64,000 nt of DNA. It comes from Lepidodermella squamata (Eukaryota; Animalia; Gastrotricha). The translations under genes were made by a program, and so were the position numbers. This document shows positions 25,171 through 37,933 of the stretch, in pieces. The first letter of the stretch is position 1. Every line of letters starts with the position of its first letter. The stretch lies in assembly GCA_047495785.1 (NCBI GenBank), contig JBLDXI010000066.1, positions 711,701 to 775,700 of the forward strand, written 5' to 3'. The notes beneath the pieces were generated by a model, which searched no databases, had not been told where the DNA came from, and saw only the letters and a program-made list of their open reading frames with translations.

Positions 25171-26388
25171 ATGAGCCCAGAACGAGTTCCGATGTACCGA
25201 AGCAACAAACTAGCGACTACAGTTAAAATTTTCAAGTCGATCCTCGCGATTCTTCAACTTATCTTCATCTGGTGGGCGGCGTTTGGCTATTACCGAAATT
25301 CAACCTGTCTGAAGAAATGCATGGCCGAATTCGAACCAGCCCTCGAAAACCCGACGTGGCAAGCTTACGACGAAATGAAGAACGAGAGCGATGACAATGA
25401 AACGCTGGCAAAAATCGAAAGAGTGCTGCGAAAAACTATTGGTGAACCCGGTATCGAGACGCTAATAACTGTTTCCGAACAAAAAACTGTTGAAAAAATC
25501 GAAAATCTACGTGAAGAATGCCGCGTTAATTGCGCCTCGACTATTCTACCTTTGAGATACTCTCTAATAACTAGTTTGGTCCATTTGTGCATTACTTTCG
25601 GATTTTTAGGGAAAACTCAATATTTCCATCATCTTGAATACATTTGGATAGGACTGTTTTTCGCTATCGATGGGCTACTTTTAATCATATCGATGTCCTC
25701 CCTTTTCATTGTCTCTGTAAACAGTTCTGAAGACTATAAAGGTCCCTTCGATTTCATTAGCGAAGTACAATGTGGTCTGCCAACGTTTGCTGTACCATTT
25801 TTAGTTCAAATTGCGTTCTTGCTAACCTCATTTTCGTTATTTATCCACGTGATTCAAGCTATTAATTTAAAGCCGATTCCCCACGATGTTCCGCCGATCA
25901 TTTCACAAAATCCTGTCTATCTGTTTCAATGCTTCCAATTTCACGGCTTTGTCTCTGGTTTGAAACTGATCAACTGCGCTTTGCCAATTTTGAGCTGCTC
26001 TGTTTCTTCGATCATGGTATTTCAAGCTCTTTACGTCCACGGCAGATTGTCGTTCGATCCCAAGTTATGGGCTGATATTTATGTCAATTTTAGCCTGGCT
26101 GTTTTCTTTCTATGGCACGCTGCATTTTGCTCGGCTATCCTGCCTCATACGACCTATTACCTGAGTAAGGTGGAGGTGAAAATAACTCTTGCTTTATACG
26201 TGCTGGAAACATTCTTGTTCGCGAATTGGCTCGGCTTTTTTGTGCTGATACGACTGACTGAGGACAGGTGGTTCACATTGGCAAATTTAGCCATGGTTAA
26301 TTTCGGCTTTTGGGTAATCGACTTTTCTTTGCATGCTTTCCCTGGCGAGTGCTGTTCTAAATGGGTTGGATGTAATCGGAGTGAGTGA
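25171..26388 (+). CDS. Multi-pass membrane family copy E, long first loop
   Basis: WWAAFGYYRNSTCLKKC, charged insert, CRVNC, IDFSLHAFP. Confidence 0.7.
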   Translation: MSPERVPMYRSNKLATTVKIFKSILAILQLIFIWWAAFGYYRNSTCLKKCMAEFEPALENPTWQAYDEMKNESDDNETLAKIERVLRKTIGEPGIETLITVSEQKTVEKIENLREECRVNCASTILPLRYSLITSLVHLCITFGFLGKTQYFHHLEYIWIGLFFAIDGLLLIISMSSLFIVSVNSSEDYKGPFDFISEVQCGLPTFAVPFLVQIAFLLTSFSLFIHVIQAINLKPIPHDVPPIISQNPVYLFQCFQFHGFVSGLKLINCALPILSCSVSSIMVFQALYVHGRLSFDPKLWADIYVNFSLAVFFLWHAAFCSAILPHTTYYLSKVEVKITLALYVLETFLFANWLGFFVLIRLTEDRWFTLANLAMVNFGFWVIDFSLHAFPGECCSKWVGCNRSE

Positions 26389-27414
26389 AGAATAAACTAA
26401 GCGGGGATTGAAAATTTTCTCTTCGTAGTGAGATGTTTGGGTTTCAATTTCAGAAAAGTTTCAATTTGTTGACCTGGACCGTTGATTTTACGCCCTTTGT
26501 TGTTGTCAAAAGTACAAACAAATGCTGAAATATATACAGCCAGTTAGTCATGAGGAACATCACTCCACAGCGTGTTCCGAAAGTTGCGTGACCAATTAAA
26601 CCTACCAGAAGAATCTTTGATCCTCAAAGGATCCTTAAAGGCCTGGAAAACATGCAGAAATGGCGCACATGGCGCACGCATGTGGGGGGAGGGGGAATTT
26701 TCGAAAAATGACAGGAAATTGCTGGAAAATTTGCTGAGAAGGATCACAACCAGCGGGAAATTTCGCAGGTTTTGCAGCCCTGGATCCTTTACCCGCGAAT
26801 TTACTTTAGAAATGTTGACAATTTACTGGAGAAAGCTCGGAAAAACCCGATGGTTACGGGTTCTGCACTGAATTACAAACGACATTTTACCGGGGTCGAT
26901 AACAATTTCTCGGGCGTTTTATCCCGTTGGCAAGTGACAAACTATTCGCATGGCAATTTTCTACGATTTTTCTGGCTAAGAGAGATATGGCTAATATTTA
27001 ATGTTTCAGAGTCTAAGATCCATTCGGCTCTATTGCTTTGTACCTGTGTTCTCTATGGGAAAACGAAAATAGAGGTCTGTTCTGATTCAACGACGACGAT
27101 ATAACAATTTCCGATGTCCAAATCAGAATTCAGCATTCCTTTTGGTTACCACGCATTTTAGCGGCTGAATGTCACTTACATCTTCCGGGGGAAAACGTCT
27201 TGTATTACATCAAATCACTTTGATCAATAAACAGGATGGAACGCCCTTTTCCTCTCATACGTTAGCCAGGTTGCACTTCGTCAGATTTTAGGAATTGCTC
27301 CGTGTATGCCTATCTACACAAAATGTTTAGGGCTTAGGGTGACACTGTTTTCAATATCGCCTATAAAACGGATCGAAATCGGTACAGTCACTTAGTCCTA
27401 TACATTTGATCGCG

Positions 27415-28641
27415 ATGAACAAGTCTCAAGAGAGTATTCCTCGGGCTGAGATGGTTAACAGTGGTTGGGTAAGAGTCGACCTCCCACAGCAAGGCTACGG
27501 CCACCCAAAGGAGTACTACATCGGCTTTACTCACGATTTGTCATCTCGTGGCCTGGCAGATCGTATCATATGTCCGATTATAGTTGCGCTTTTGCTGGTA
27601 GCGCTGGTAGTGGCTTGCATTGTCAATCTAAAGATGTTAAGGCGACGTGGGGTGAAGCCGGACTTTTTGATGCTGGCAACAATTTCACACATACGCAACA
27701 TTTCCTTCACTTTAGTCATGCTGATTTTTTACATTGGGTCCATTGAAACCGGAGGATGGGAATGGCCAGATTGGACCTGCAAAGCTCTTTTCGTATTCGG
27801 CTGGATAACAGGCATTTACGGAACAAACATCGATTCTTTGATATCTTACGAACGGCGATTGTGCTTGACCTCGAAATCGATCCATTATCGATCAAACGCT
27901 CTTAAAATTCTGGCTATAGCGCTTATTCAGTTGATAATTTGTACTTTGATGAGTTTAGCCTTTCTAGTTTGGCCATTCAATACGGCGACGGTTAAAACTT
28001 TGATTGTCATTGGCGTGAATGATGAACAACCAATTGCATTCTGCACACAATGGGACTACAACATGATCAACGATTTCGACACTTCGTTTTTGATGATTGT
28101 GTATTACGGATGTAATTACAGCTTCGCTATTCCCTTTCTCGCCTACAACTATTTGAAGGCGTTCAAGTCGATTGAGAAGTTGCAAAACAGTGACAGTCAT
28201 TACAGTAGCGGACAAACCGCTTCATTGCAGACAACAAAATCTGGCCACCTCAAGGCTGTTCCACGGTGGCAGCGTCGAGAAATTTACCTCATGAAAGTAT
28301 CTGTGCTGATGTTTACCATTTTCGTCATCACTTTCTTTCCAGCATTTTGGTCCGCGTATGTAGATTCAATTTTCTGGAATTTCAAATTTCACTTTTATTT
28401 TTGTCACAGATTAGCCACTGCAACTTGGAGACTCGGTGGGTATGTAGTGGAGGTAGGGTGGGTGCGCAAATTCACAATGTGCTTCGCCATGACCGGTTCG
28501 CTTGTATCTACGATTGTGCAAGCTCTCCCGCCGTCGTATCTCCAAAAACGATTTGATAGTGTCGGAAATTTGTATTCACGCATGCAAAGCGTTATTTCAA
28601 AAGCGTTTCATCGCAATGTTGTGTCCGTAGATCTCACCTAG
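27415..28641 (+). CDS. Divergent GPCR copy 2; 54-bp intron 28356-28409 happens to be in frame
   Basis: Same motifs as copy 1; GTATGT..CACAG intron at the homologous position. Confidence 0.8.
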   Translation: MNKSQESIPRAEMVNSGWVRVDLPQQGYGHPKEYYIGFTHDLSSRGLADRIICPIIVALLLVALVVACIVNLKMLRRRGVKPDFLMLATISHIRNISFTLVMLIFYIGSIETGGWEWPDWTCKALFVFGWITGIYGTNIDSLISYERRLCLTSKSIHYRSNALKILAIALIQLIICTLMSLAFLVWPFNTATVKTLIVIGVNDEQPIAFCTQWDYNMINDFDTSFLMIVYYGCNYSFAIPFLAYNYLKAFKSIEKLQNSDSHYSSGQTASLQTTKSGHLKAVPRWQRREIYLMKVSVLMFTIFVITFFPAFWSAYVDSIFWNFKFHFYFCHRLATATWRLGGYVVEVGWVRKFTMCFAMTGSLVSTIVQALPPSYLQKRFDSVGNLYSRMQSVISKAFHRNVVSVDLT

Positions 28642-29787
28642 TCCTTGTGCCTGTTTTCTCTAATTGAATACTTCTCAATTCCCACATTGTACTCATTCAA
28701 CGAATTTAGCGATCAATAATCAATGTAGTCACCAGTCACCACTCTGTTTGTCACACCGGTCATTACCGACTAATAAAAAAGCTTTCCAGTGTAACGACCT
28801 CTCCGCCTTGATTGTAAAACATAATCTAAGTAAAGCTAATATCAGCCTGAGTGAACACCTGACGGCTGGCTGATTCGAAATATAACGTAAAGGATGCTCC
28901 CAAGATCAACTCCCGAAGCTCGAAGGCTCAAAGGTTCGAGGCTCATGAAGCCCAATTAGACAATATAAGCCTTACTTACATTTCAGGCTGCGGCATCCCG
29001 AGCTTCTGAGACAGGCTTCCTTTGGGGGGTCCAAATCCCCTTTTTTGAAGCGTTGTAAGGCGCTTTTCAGCATAAATTCTGGTAAAATATCGCTAGCTAA
29101 AGCTCGCTACGCTCGCACATATCGGATAACTAGTACCTTTCTCTAGCGACACGAGCGAAATATTCAAATACCTTCGCCAACTGAATTGGGATTGGTGAGT
29201 AGGTAAAAGAGTTCAAGTCGGAAAATTATCGTTTTTCCGGCGTTCACAACGGATGGCATATAAGGTCGACCCGGATGCCATTATGGTGGCGTATTGCGGA
29301 AAAAGTTTGCGAACCGCTGTTCTTCAGGGTTCCGAGAACGAACAGGCGAACTGAAACAAGGGCAGCTTCTTTGGGATAGACTCACGCGCAAGGGCTGCAG
29401 ATCCGTAAGGCATAGTGAAGGCGCGGTTTGCGCTTTCATGTCTGCTTTCTTGTACGTTTTTTTTTGTCTGCGTTTTTCTATGGCCGAAAGTGAATTCTCT
29501 TTAAGTTAAATTGCAACGCCTGACATTTCCGATGTCCACAGAAGAATTTAGCATTTCTTTTGGTTACCACGCATTTTTACAGCTGAATTTCAGTCATATC
29601 CTCCGAGGTTTGCGTCACATCACTTTCGATCAAATAACAGGATGTAGCGTCTTTTTCCGCTCAAGCGTTAGCCATGACTGCCTCTTCACTCGAGTAGCTC
29701 ACGGTGACATCGTTTTCAATATCAACGAAAAAATTGGTTAAACGTGGCCCAATCACTCTTTAGGACATTCTTGGACATTTCATCGCG

Positions 29788-31012
29788 ATGAACACGTCTC
29801 AAGAGAATATTCCCCGAGCTGAGGTGGTTAACAGTGGTTGGGTGAGAGTCGACCTCCCACAGCATGGCTACGGCCACCGGAAGGAGTACTACATCGGCTT
29901 TACTCACGATTTGTCATCTCGTGGCCTGGCAGATCGTATCATATGTCCGATTATAGTTGCGCTTTTGCTGGTAGCGCTGGTGGTGGCTTGCATAGTTAAT
30001 CTAAAGATGTTAAGGCGACGTGGGGTGAAGCGTGAATTTTTGATGCTAGCGACCATTTCGCACATACGCAACATTTTCTTCACTGTAGTCATGCTGATTT
30101 TTTACATTGGGTCAATTGAAACAGGCGGCTGGGAATGGCCAGATTGGACCTGCAAAGCTCTTTTCGTATTCGGCTGGGTCACAGGCATTTACGGAACAAA
30201 CATCGACTCTCTGATATCGTACGAACGGCGATTGTGCTTAACCTCGAAATCGATCCATTATCGATCGAACACCTTCAAAATCCTGGCTATAGCACTCGTT
30301 CAGCTAATCTCATGCACTTTGATGAGTTTGGCATTCATAGTTTGGCCGTTCGACACGATAACGGTGAAAACCTTAATTGTTACCGGGGTGAATGACGACA
30401 GACCAATCGCCTTTTGCACGCAGTGGGATTTCAACTTCATCAACGATTTCGACACCTCATTTTTGATGATTGTGTACTATGCATCAAATTACAGCTTCGC
30501 TATTCCCTTTCTCGCCTACAATTATTGGAAGGCGTTCAAATCAATCGCGAGGTTGCAAGCAAACGAAAGCCAGAAAAGCACACAAGACATTACATTGCAG
30601 ACGACGAGATCTGGCCACGTAAAAGCTGTTCCACGGTGGCAGCGTCGAGAAATTTACCTAATGAAAGTATCTGTGCTGATGTTTGCCATTTTCGTCATCA
30701 CTTTTTTCCCCGCATTCTGGTCCGCGTATGTCGATATTCCGGTATTTTTATATTTCGCTTAACTATTGTATTTATTCCAGATTAGCTACAGCAACTTGGA
30801 GACTCGGTGGGTATGTCGTGGAGGTAGGCTGGGTGCGCAAATTCACAATGTGCTTCGCCATGACCGGTTCGCTCGTATCAACGATTTTGCAGTCTCTCCC
30901 GCCGTCATTTCTCGAAAAACGTTTCGACGCTATCGAAGGCTTGTATTCGCGCTGGCACCGCAGCAAATCGCACCGGAGCAACGTTATTTCAACTGTTTTA
31001 AGTAATGCTTGA
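29788..31012 (+). CDS. Divergent GPCR copy 3
   Basis: Nearly identical to copy 2 in TM1-TM3; exon 2 LATATWRLGGYVVEVGWVRK. Confidence 0.8.
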
Positions 31013-31504
31013 TGTTGCATAGATATCTTAAATTATTCATTTTTAGGTTTCTTTGATTGTTAGATTGATGTTGGTTGCCTCTTAATTATTGATAGAAGTT
31101 ATTATCATGAAAAGTGAAGGATGAATAAAAATATGTTCTATTTGTTAAGTCTTCTGCGCTTATCTGTTGAATTATTCCAATTAATCGAATTTCTCATGTT
31201 GTTTACAATTATTTGAGCAATGTTTGAACTGTACTGCTTTTTTATAAATAATATAATCTATTCGTAATTCATCACTTAGCATTCGGCCCCCTTGGAAGAC
31301 ATTTTAGTTTTTTCCACTATTAGTTAAATGCCTTCTAGGTGCTGTGCGGTTTTGCTTTCCTAGTTAGGAAATCCTGCTCGAGCAACGAATCGAAAGACAG
31401 CCCCGCATAATTGATCTGCGCAAAAAGCTTCCGGTGACATGATGACATTCGGGGATATCGCTGACTTTGCTAGAGGCAAGATTCAGTCGAATCGATTCAA
31501 ACGC

Positions 31505-31606
31505 GATCAACAGGTCCAGGGAAAATATTTCGTGTGCTGAATATGTCAACACGGGCTGGGTGAGAATCGACCTTCCATAACAGGGCCGCCGAAAGGAGTA
31601 CTTTAT
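31505..31606 (+). pseudogene. GPCR 5' relic
   Basis: Start codon reads ATC, in-frame TAA in GWVRIDLP*QG; upstream flank 31375-31500 resembles 37530-37680. Confidence 0.65.
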
Positions 31607-32593
31607 CCCGATCGCCTCATATTCGCCATCATCATGAGACGCAATTTTGGGGTCACTATACACATCTGTTGCTTTAACTCAGAACGCCAGTCTGAAAAGG
31701 TGAAATAAGCACTCAACCTTAATCAACCCTAATTGCTCTGGCTCCAACCGTTGAGCAGCCAACAACGATACGATGGATGGACAATATCTGCAACCGCAGA
31801 AAGGGACCTGCGCCAGTTCCCATTCATATTGTAAATTACCTAGGGCCAGGGACATGAGGCATAGCTATGACGCCGCTTGTTTACGAGAACGAAGCGGTGG
31901 CCCTTAATGAGGATCAAAGTTCAATTTTCTAGTAAATCACCCCGCTTTTAATGTATTCATCCTTAGTCATTGCCAACATTTTGAATACATTGCAGGTTTC
32001 AAGTCTCGGTGTTATAACTACGTCTCATGCTCGGGGACGGAAATTACTAAGAGGTTTCTCATGGCTCATTGTGTTACGGAGTGTCCCAAAACACAACTTT
32101 TACTTCTTTATCCCCTGTAAACAGAGAAGTACAACGCCACTTGAAGAGCTACGAGAACGAAGTGTAGCATATGTTGGCTGAGACCCAACAGCAAGTGAAG
32201 AAGATCACCTTAGGGAGGAACTGTCCGAAAATTTTCGAGGTTCAAGGCAAACACAGCACGGAATCCCTAACACAGGATAATGTAGAACTCCCCACGCAGA
32301 AGTGAATTATGTAGAAAATGAAAATGTCCTTTGTGATTTCATCCTTTCTTTTGCTGGCAGGCATTTTAAAGGCTGAATTTCAGTCCTGTCTTTCCGGCAA
32401 TGGAGCGGCTAGCCAGCCTGGGTAGGCTTGAGAAATCATTTTTCATCAATTAAAAGCACTGAAGAATGTCCGCTGCTTCCGCACGCCTGCTTTCAACGTG
32501 ACCAATAATAAAAGCCTTACCACGCATAAAGCATCTGATGACACCAACTTCTCTATCGCAGAGAAAACACTCATTATCATTCATTTCAAGGCG

Positions 32594-33820
32594 ATGAACA
32601 GGTCACTGGAAAGTATTCCGATAGCCGAGAAGGTTAACAGTGCTTGGTTAAGGGTCGACCTCCCACAGCAAGGCTACGGCCACCCAAAAGAGTACTTTGT
32701 GGGGTATGCGAACGACCTATCAGCTCGCGGCCTGTCTGATCGTCTCATATTTCCGATCATAGTGGCCATTTTGTTATTAGCGCTGACAGTAGCTTGTATA
32801 ATCAACCTAATTATCTACGTACGACGTGGCGTTAAACGGGACTTTTTGATGCTAGCAACCATCTCCCATATACGCAGCATTCTCTTCGCAATTGACATAA
32901 ACATTTTATACATTGGGCCACTTGCAACTGGCGGGTGGGACTGGCCTGATTGGACCTGCAAAGCTGTTTTCGTTGGAGGTTGGATGACAGGCATTTACGG
33001 CACGAACATCGATTCTTTGATATCTTACGAACGGCGATTGTGCTTATCCTCGAAATCAATTACCTATCGATCAAACACCTTGAAAATTCTGGCTATAGCT
33101 TTCGCTCAGTTGATTTCTTGCACTTTAATGAGTTTGGCCTTCCTGGTTTGGCCATTCAATACAGCTGCAGTAAAAACTTTGATTGTTACAGGTGTAAATG
33201 ATGATAAACCATTCGCCATCTGTACGCAATGGGACTACAACTTCGTCAACGATTTCGACACTTCATTCTTGACGATTGTTTATTACGCATCAAATTACAG
33301 CTTCGCGATTCCATTTCTGGCTTACAACTACTGGAAAGCGTTCAAATCCATCGCGAGTTTGAAAGCAAGTGAAAGCCAATGCAGCACGCAAGCCATTACA
33401 TTGCAAACAACAAAATCTGGAAACGTCAAAGCAATTCCGCGATGGCAGCGTCGCGAAATCTACCTGATGAAGATGTCAGTGCTGATGTTTGTCATTTTCA
33501 TCATCACCTTCTTACCCGCATTCTGGTCAACGTAAGTCGTTTCGTTTTTTTTGGAAACGTTCAGATTAATATTTATGTTTATTTTACGATTCAGTTTCGC
33601 TCAAGCAACTTGGAGACTCGGTGCGTATGTTGTGGAGGTAGCTTGGGTGCGTAAAGTCTCCATTTGCATCATGATTTTCGGCTCGCTTGTATCAGCTATT
33701 TTGCAATCTCTCTCGCCGTCATATCTCGAAAAGCGATTCGACAGCATAGAAAGCTTGTTTTCGCGCTTTCAAAGCAGCATTTCTAAAGCGTTTCAGAGGA
33801 AAGTTGCCCCCACAGCTTGA
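32594..33820 (+). CDS. Divergent GPCR copy 4
   Basis: Same motifs and intron position (GTAAGT at ~33532). Confidence 0.8.
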
Positions 33821-35589
33821 AGCCCTTCTTTTCCGTTAGGAGAATAATGTGTAATGTTCGTTTGAATTTACTTGATTGATAAGTGTGGCTAGTTGCTAGT
33901 TCTGTCGACCTTTCTCTCGGAACATCTTGTCTTGTTGCATTCTTGGCGAAATTTATTGAGCCAAGCAAATCCGTGTCTTTTGTCGTCATCAATTCAGTCA
34001 CACTTCTGTTTTTCACCGTAGTCATCTTCAGATATTAAAGGCAGCATGAATCGTAGTTAACCTCAGCAACCATAGCCGGAGCAACATTTCATGTCCATAT
34101 TCCGTATTTGGTGAAAATATTTGTATTTTTTTTTAAATCAACGGAGCTACGCATTGTGTTATTTCTATTGAATATGCGCAGTTTTCCGTGAAACGTTTTT
34201 GTAAAACCGTGCTCCGTAACTTGAAAATAAACCATATTCCGTAAAAAAGCTTGAAAAAACAAAATAATTAAAAAATGTTTTTCACGTGTTCTTGCTCGAA
34301 AAATGCAATGGGAAAAAGTTTTACGCGCACCCCAAATTTAGCCATTAAATTAGGAAAATTGCGTAAATTTCATGCTTTTGACACATTCGCATTTCTGGGC
34401 CATAGCGTAAATACTCTGCATCGCAGAAAAAATCCGATTGCACCAGCAGATTCCTCATGAAAAGCTGCATAAGAAAACTATGAAAGGTCGATTTTGACAA
34501 AATTCAAGCCTTCTTTGCGCTTTGGTAAAGATTTCTCAGAAGTGCGTAAGATACGGTTTTCACTGGTCGCGGCTCATATGTTATCTCGCCTATCAGAAAT
34601 AACTGTTATAAGGTTTGAAAGGGTCGCCACGTGCTCTTTGCCCTACCTTAACCTTTAGGCCTAGTAGCGCTCGTGCCAGCAATAGCACGTGTCGCCTTTC
34701 TGTTATGTAACTAATTAATTATTTATTTCGCGCCTTAATGGCTATAAAAGCAATCAAATAATAATAATAATAAATCATTCGAGTTGATCTGCTTTACTAA
34801 ACTGCCTTTTGTATCAGCACATTCAGTCTAATTGCTACTCTGCCCCCGAACCAGGTCAGGGATACCAACCCTTCAAGGTTAATCACTACCTGGAAAACAA
34901 TTATTCTGTTCAGAAAACATTTATTCTGTTGCGTTAGACCTGGGTAGTTTCACAACATCGATAGCATCTTGTAATGTATGGTTAGTTCAGTACCATCAAC
35001 TTGGGTTTGAATTTAGCTTAAGGTTAGGGTTAGGTTCAGGGTTCGAGAACGACGTCTCACCATACCTCTGGGAGATAATTTTCAAAAACGTCAGGATTGT
35101 TTTTCACAAATAGCTGGAAACTTCATTCGCTACTTCACAATAGAATGATTGGTACATAATTCGTCATTAGCAAGATATTCCCTGAACCCTTTTCCCGTAT
35201 ATTGCTTTGACAAGTGTTAGCGCCTTTTATATGTATCCTTTATTGGAGAACAGAAAAGAGAGGTCTGTTCTGATAAAAAGACAACGCCCAAACATTTCCG
35301 ATGTCCACAGCAGGGTTTAGCATTCCTTTTGGTCGCCACGCATTTTTACGGCTGAATTGCAGTTAAATCTTCCGGGGAAAAGGTCTGGTTATGACTGAAA
35401 TCATGTTTGATCCATTGACAGGATGGAACGCTTAAAGTTAAAGCATTAGTCAGGTGCCTCTCCGTCTGCTTTTAGCATGTCCTTGATTAATATCAACTCA
35501 TAAAGCTTGAGGCCACGTCTTTTTCCATATTATCACACACAAAACCTGTTGAAACTTGAAACTCAATCATAATATAAATTTCAAGAACA

Positions 35590-36804
35590 ATGAACAAGTC
35601 TAACGAAAGCATTCCTCGAGCTGAGATGGTTAACAGTGGTTGGCTGAGAGTTGACCTTCCACAGCAAGGCTACGGCCACCCAAAGGAGTACTACATCGGC
35701 TATGCACACGATTTGTCATATCGTGGCCTGTCCGATCGACTCATATGTCCGATCATAGTAGCGCTATTGCTGGTAGCGCTGATAGCAGCTTGTACTGTCA
35801 ATCTAGCAATCTACATACGACGAGGGGTCAAGCGGGACTTTCTGATGCTAGCAACCATCTCACATATTCGCAGCATTTCTTTCGCAGCGAATATACTTAT
35901 GATATGCTTGGGGGCAGTTGAAACAGGCAGCTGGCTCTGGCCTGACTGGACCTGCAAGGCTGTCTTCGTTGGGGCTTGGATTACAGGAATTTACGGAACG
36001 AACATCGATTCGTTGATATCGTACGAGCGCAGATTGTGCCTATCCTCAAAATCGATCAATTATCGATCAAACACCGTGAAAATTCTGGCTATGGCTCTTG
36101 TTATGCTCATTTCATGCACCTTGATGAGTTTAGCATTTTTAGTTTGGCCATTCAGTACAATAGCGGTTAAAACGTTGATTGTCATTGGGGTGAATGATGA
36201 AAAACCGATTGCACTCTGCACCCAATGGGATGTTAACTTCATCAATGATTTCGACACTTCGTTTTTGATGATTGTGTATTACGGTTCAAATTACAGCTTG
36301 GCGATTCCCTTTCTCGCCTACAACTATTGGAAGGCGTTCCAGTCGATTGCGAGGTTGCAGGCCAGCGAAACCTTACGCAGCGGACAAACGGTTACATTTC
36401 AGACAACTAAATCTGGTCATCTGAAAGCTGTTCCACGGTGGCAGCGTCGAGAAATTTACCTAATGAAGCTCTCTGTCCTGATGTTTGTCATTTTCGTCAT
36501 TACTTTCTTGCCCGCTTTCTGGTCCACGTATGTTGTTTTTCCGTAAAATTCATACGCTATATTAATTTTTGTATTTAGTATCGCTCTAGCAACTTGGAAA
36601 CTCGGCGCGGATGTTGTGGAGTTAGGTTGGGTGCGGAAATTCTCGATTTGCGTCATGATTTTCGGATCGCTTGTATCAGCTATTCTGCAGTCTCTCTCAC
36701 CGTCGTATCTAGAAAAACGATTCGACAGCATCGGAAATTTGTGTTCCCGATTGGAAAGCATAATTTCAAAAGCATTTCGAAGCAACGATGTTTCCGTAGT
36801 TTGA
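35590..36804 (+). CDS. Divergent GPCR copy 5
   Basis: Same motifs and intron position. Confidence 0.8.
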
Positions 36805-37681
36805 AGTCCTACTTGGGCTATGTGTTTTTCCGCTTCTATAATTATCATTTTACGTCCGTGTGTAGCTCATTCTACCGATCTTACAGACTGTTTTCTTGCC
36901 ATCTTGGACAAAATAAATCGATTCTCAGACCTGTCTCTTTTCGCAATCAAGTCAGTCATTGTTCTGGTTTTATCAAGTCATTTCAGATAGACTTGGAGGA
37001 ATGAAAAATTCTTGACATCTGACATCGTAGCCAATTATTTGACCGAAAGACATCGCATTTCTTGGCAGATGCAATATATCCATCTATACTGCAATATATA
37101 CTACGGGAAGCTAAATGCGAATCGCTGAACAAATCAGAATGCTCAAGCTCAGTTATGTCGTAGCATTGAAGAGTTCTGAGAACGAAAGAACAAAAATTGG
37201 TTGAAGCACAGCAAAAATGTCAAACCACAAAATAGGAGATAGGAGTAGCGGCGTTAGGGTACGCTGATCAATTTCAGCCATCAGCAGCATGGTGACGATG
37301 GCTAGCGATGAGCACACGAAGATGAGCCATTGACAACCGCAGCTAGGCGGGACATGCTGCAATCATTCAGCAGATTGTAATTAGCCTTGGGGATTTCTTG
37401 AAATGCAGCTTCATTTTAGCTAACACGCATTTTCCTTCTCTTCCTAATGTTACTTCGATATTCCGGATATCCCGCAGCGGTGGTCTTACACGTCGTTGAA
37501 AGAATCCTCATCAGTTTGCTGCCTTTCAAACTCGAGCAACAGTCAGATTGCATTTGACTATCGACAGAATGAATCCTGTCCACGCAAAAATTAATCTGAA
37601 CGAAAAGCTTCCGGTGACAATGTCTTCATTATCGCGGATATGTTACTAACCGGAGGACCCATTCGAATCAATTGAAACGCG

Positions 37682-37933
37682 ATGAACAGGTCTAAGGAAT
37701 ATTTTCCGCGAGCAGAATTTATTAACAGTGGTTGGGTTAGAGTCGACCTTCCACAGCAAGGTTACGGCCGCCCCAAAGAGTACTACGTCGGGTATGCACA
37801 CGACCTATCAGCTCACGGCCTGGCTGACCGCCTCATTTTCCCGATTATTGTGGCCATTTTGTTGGTAGCTCTGATAGTAGCTTGCATTGTCAACATAAGA
37901 TTCTACGTGCGACGCGGGGTCAAACGCGACTTC
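37682..37933 (+). pseudogene. GPCR copy 6, truncated after RRGVKRDF
   Basis: Homology to the paralogues stops abruptly at ~37933; the remainder is not seen in the window. Confidence 0.75.
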
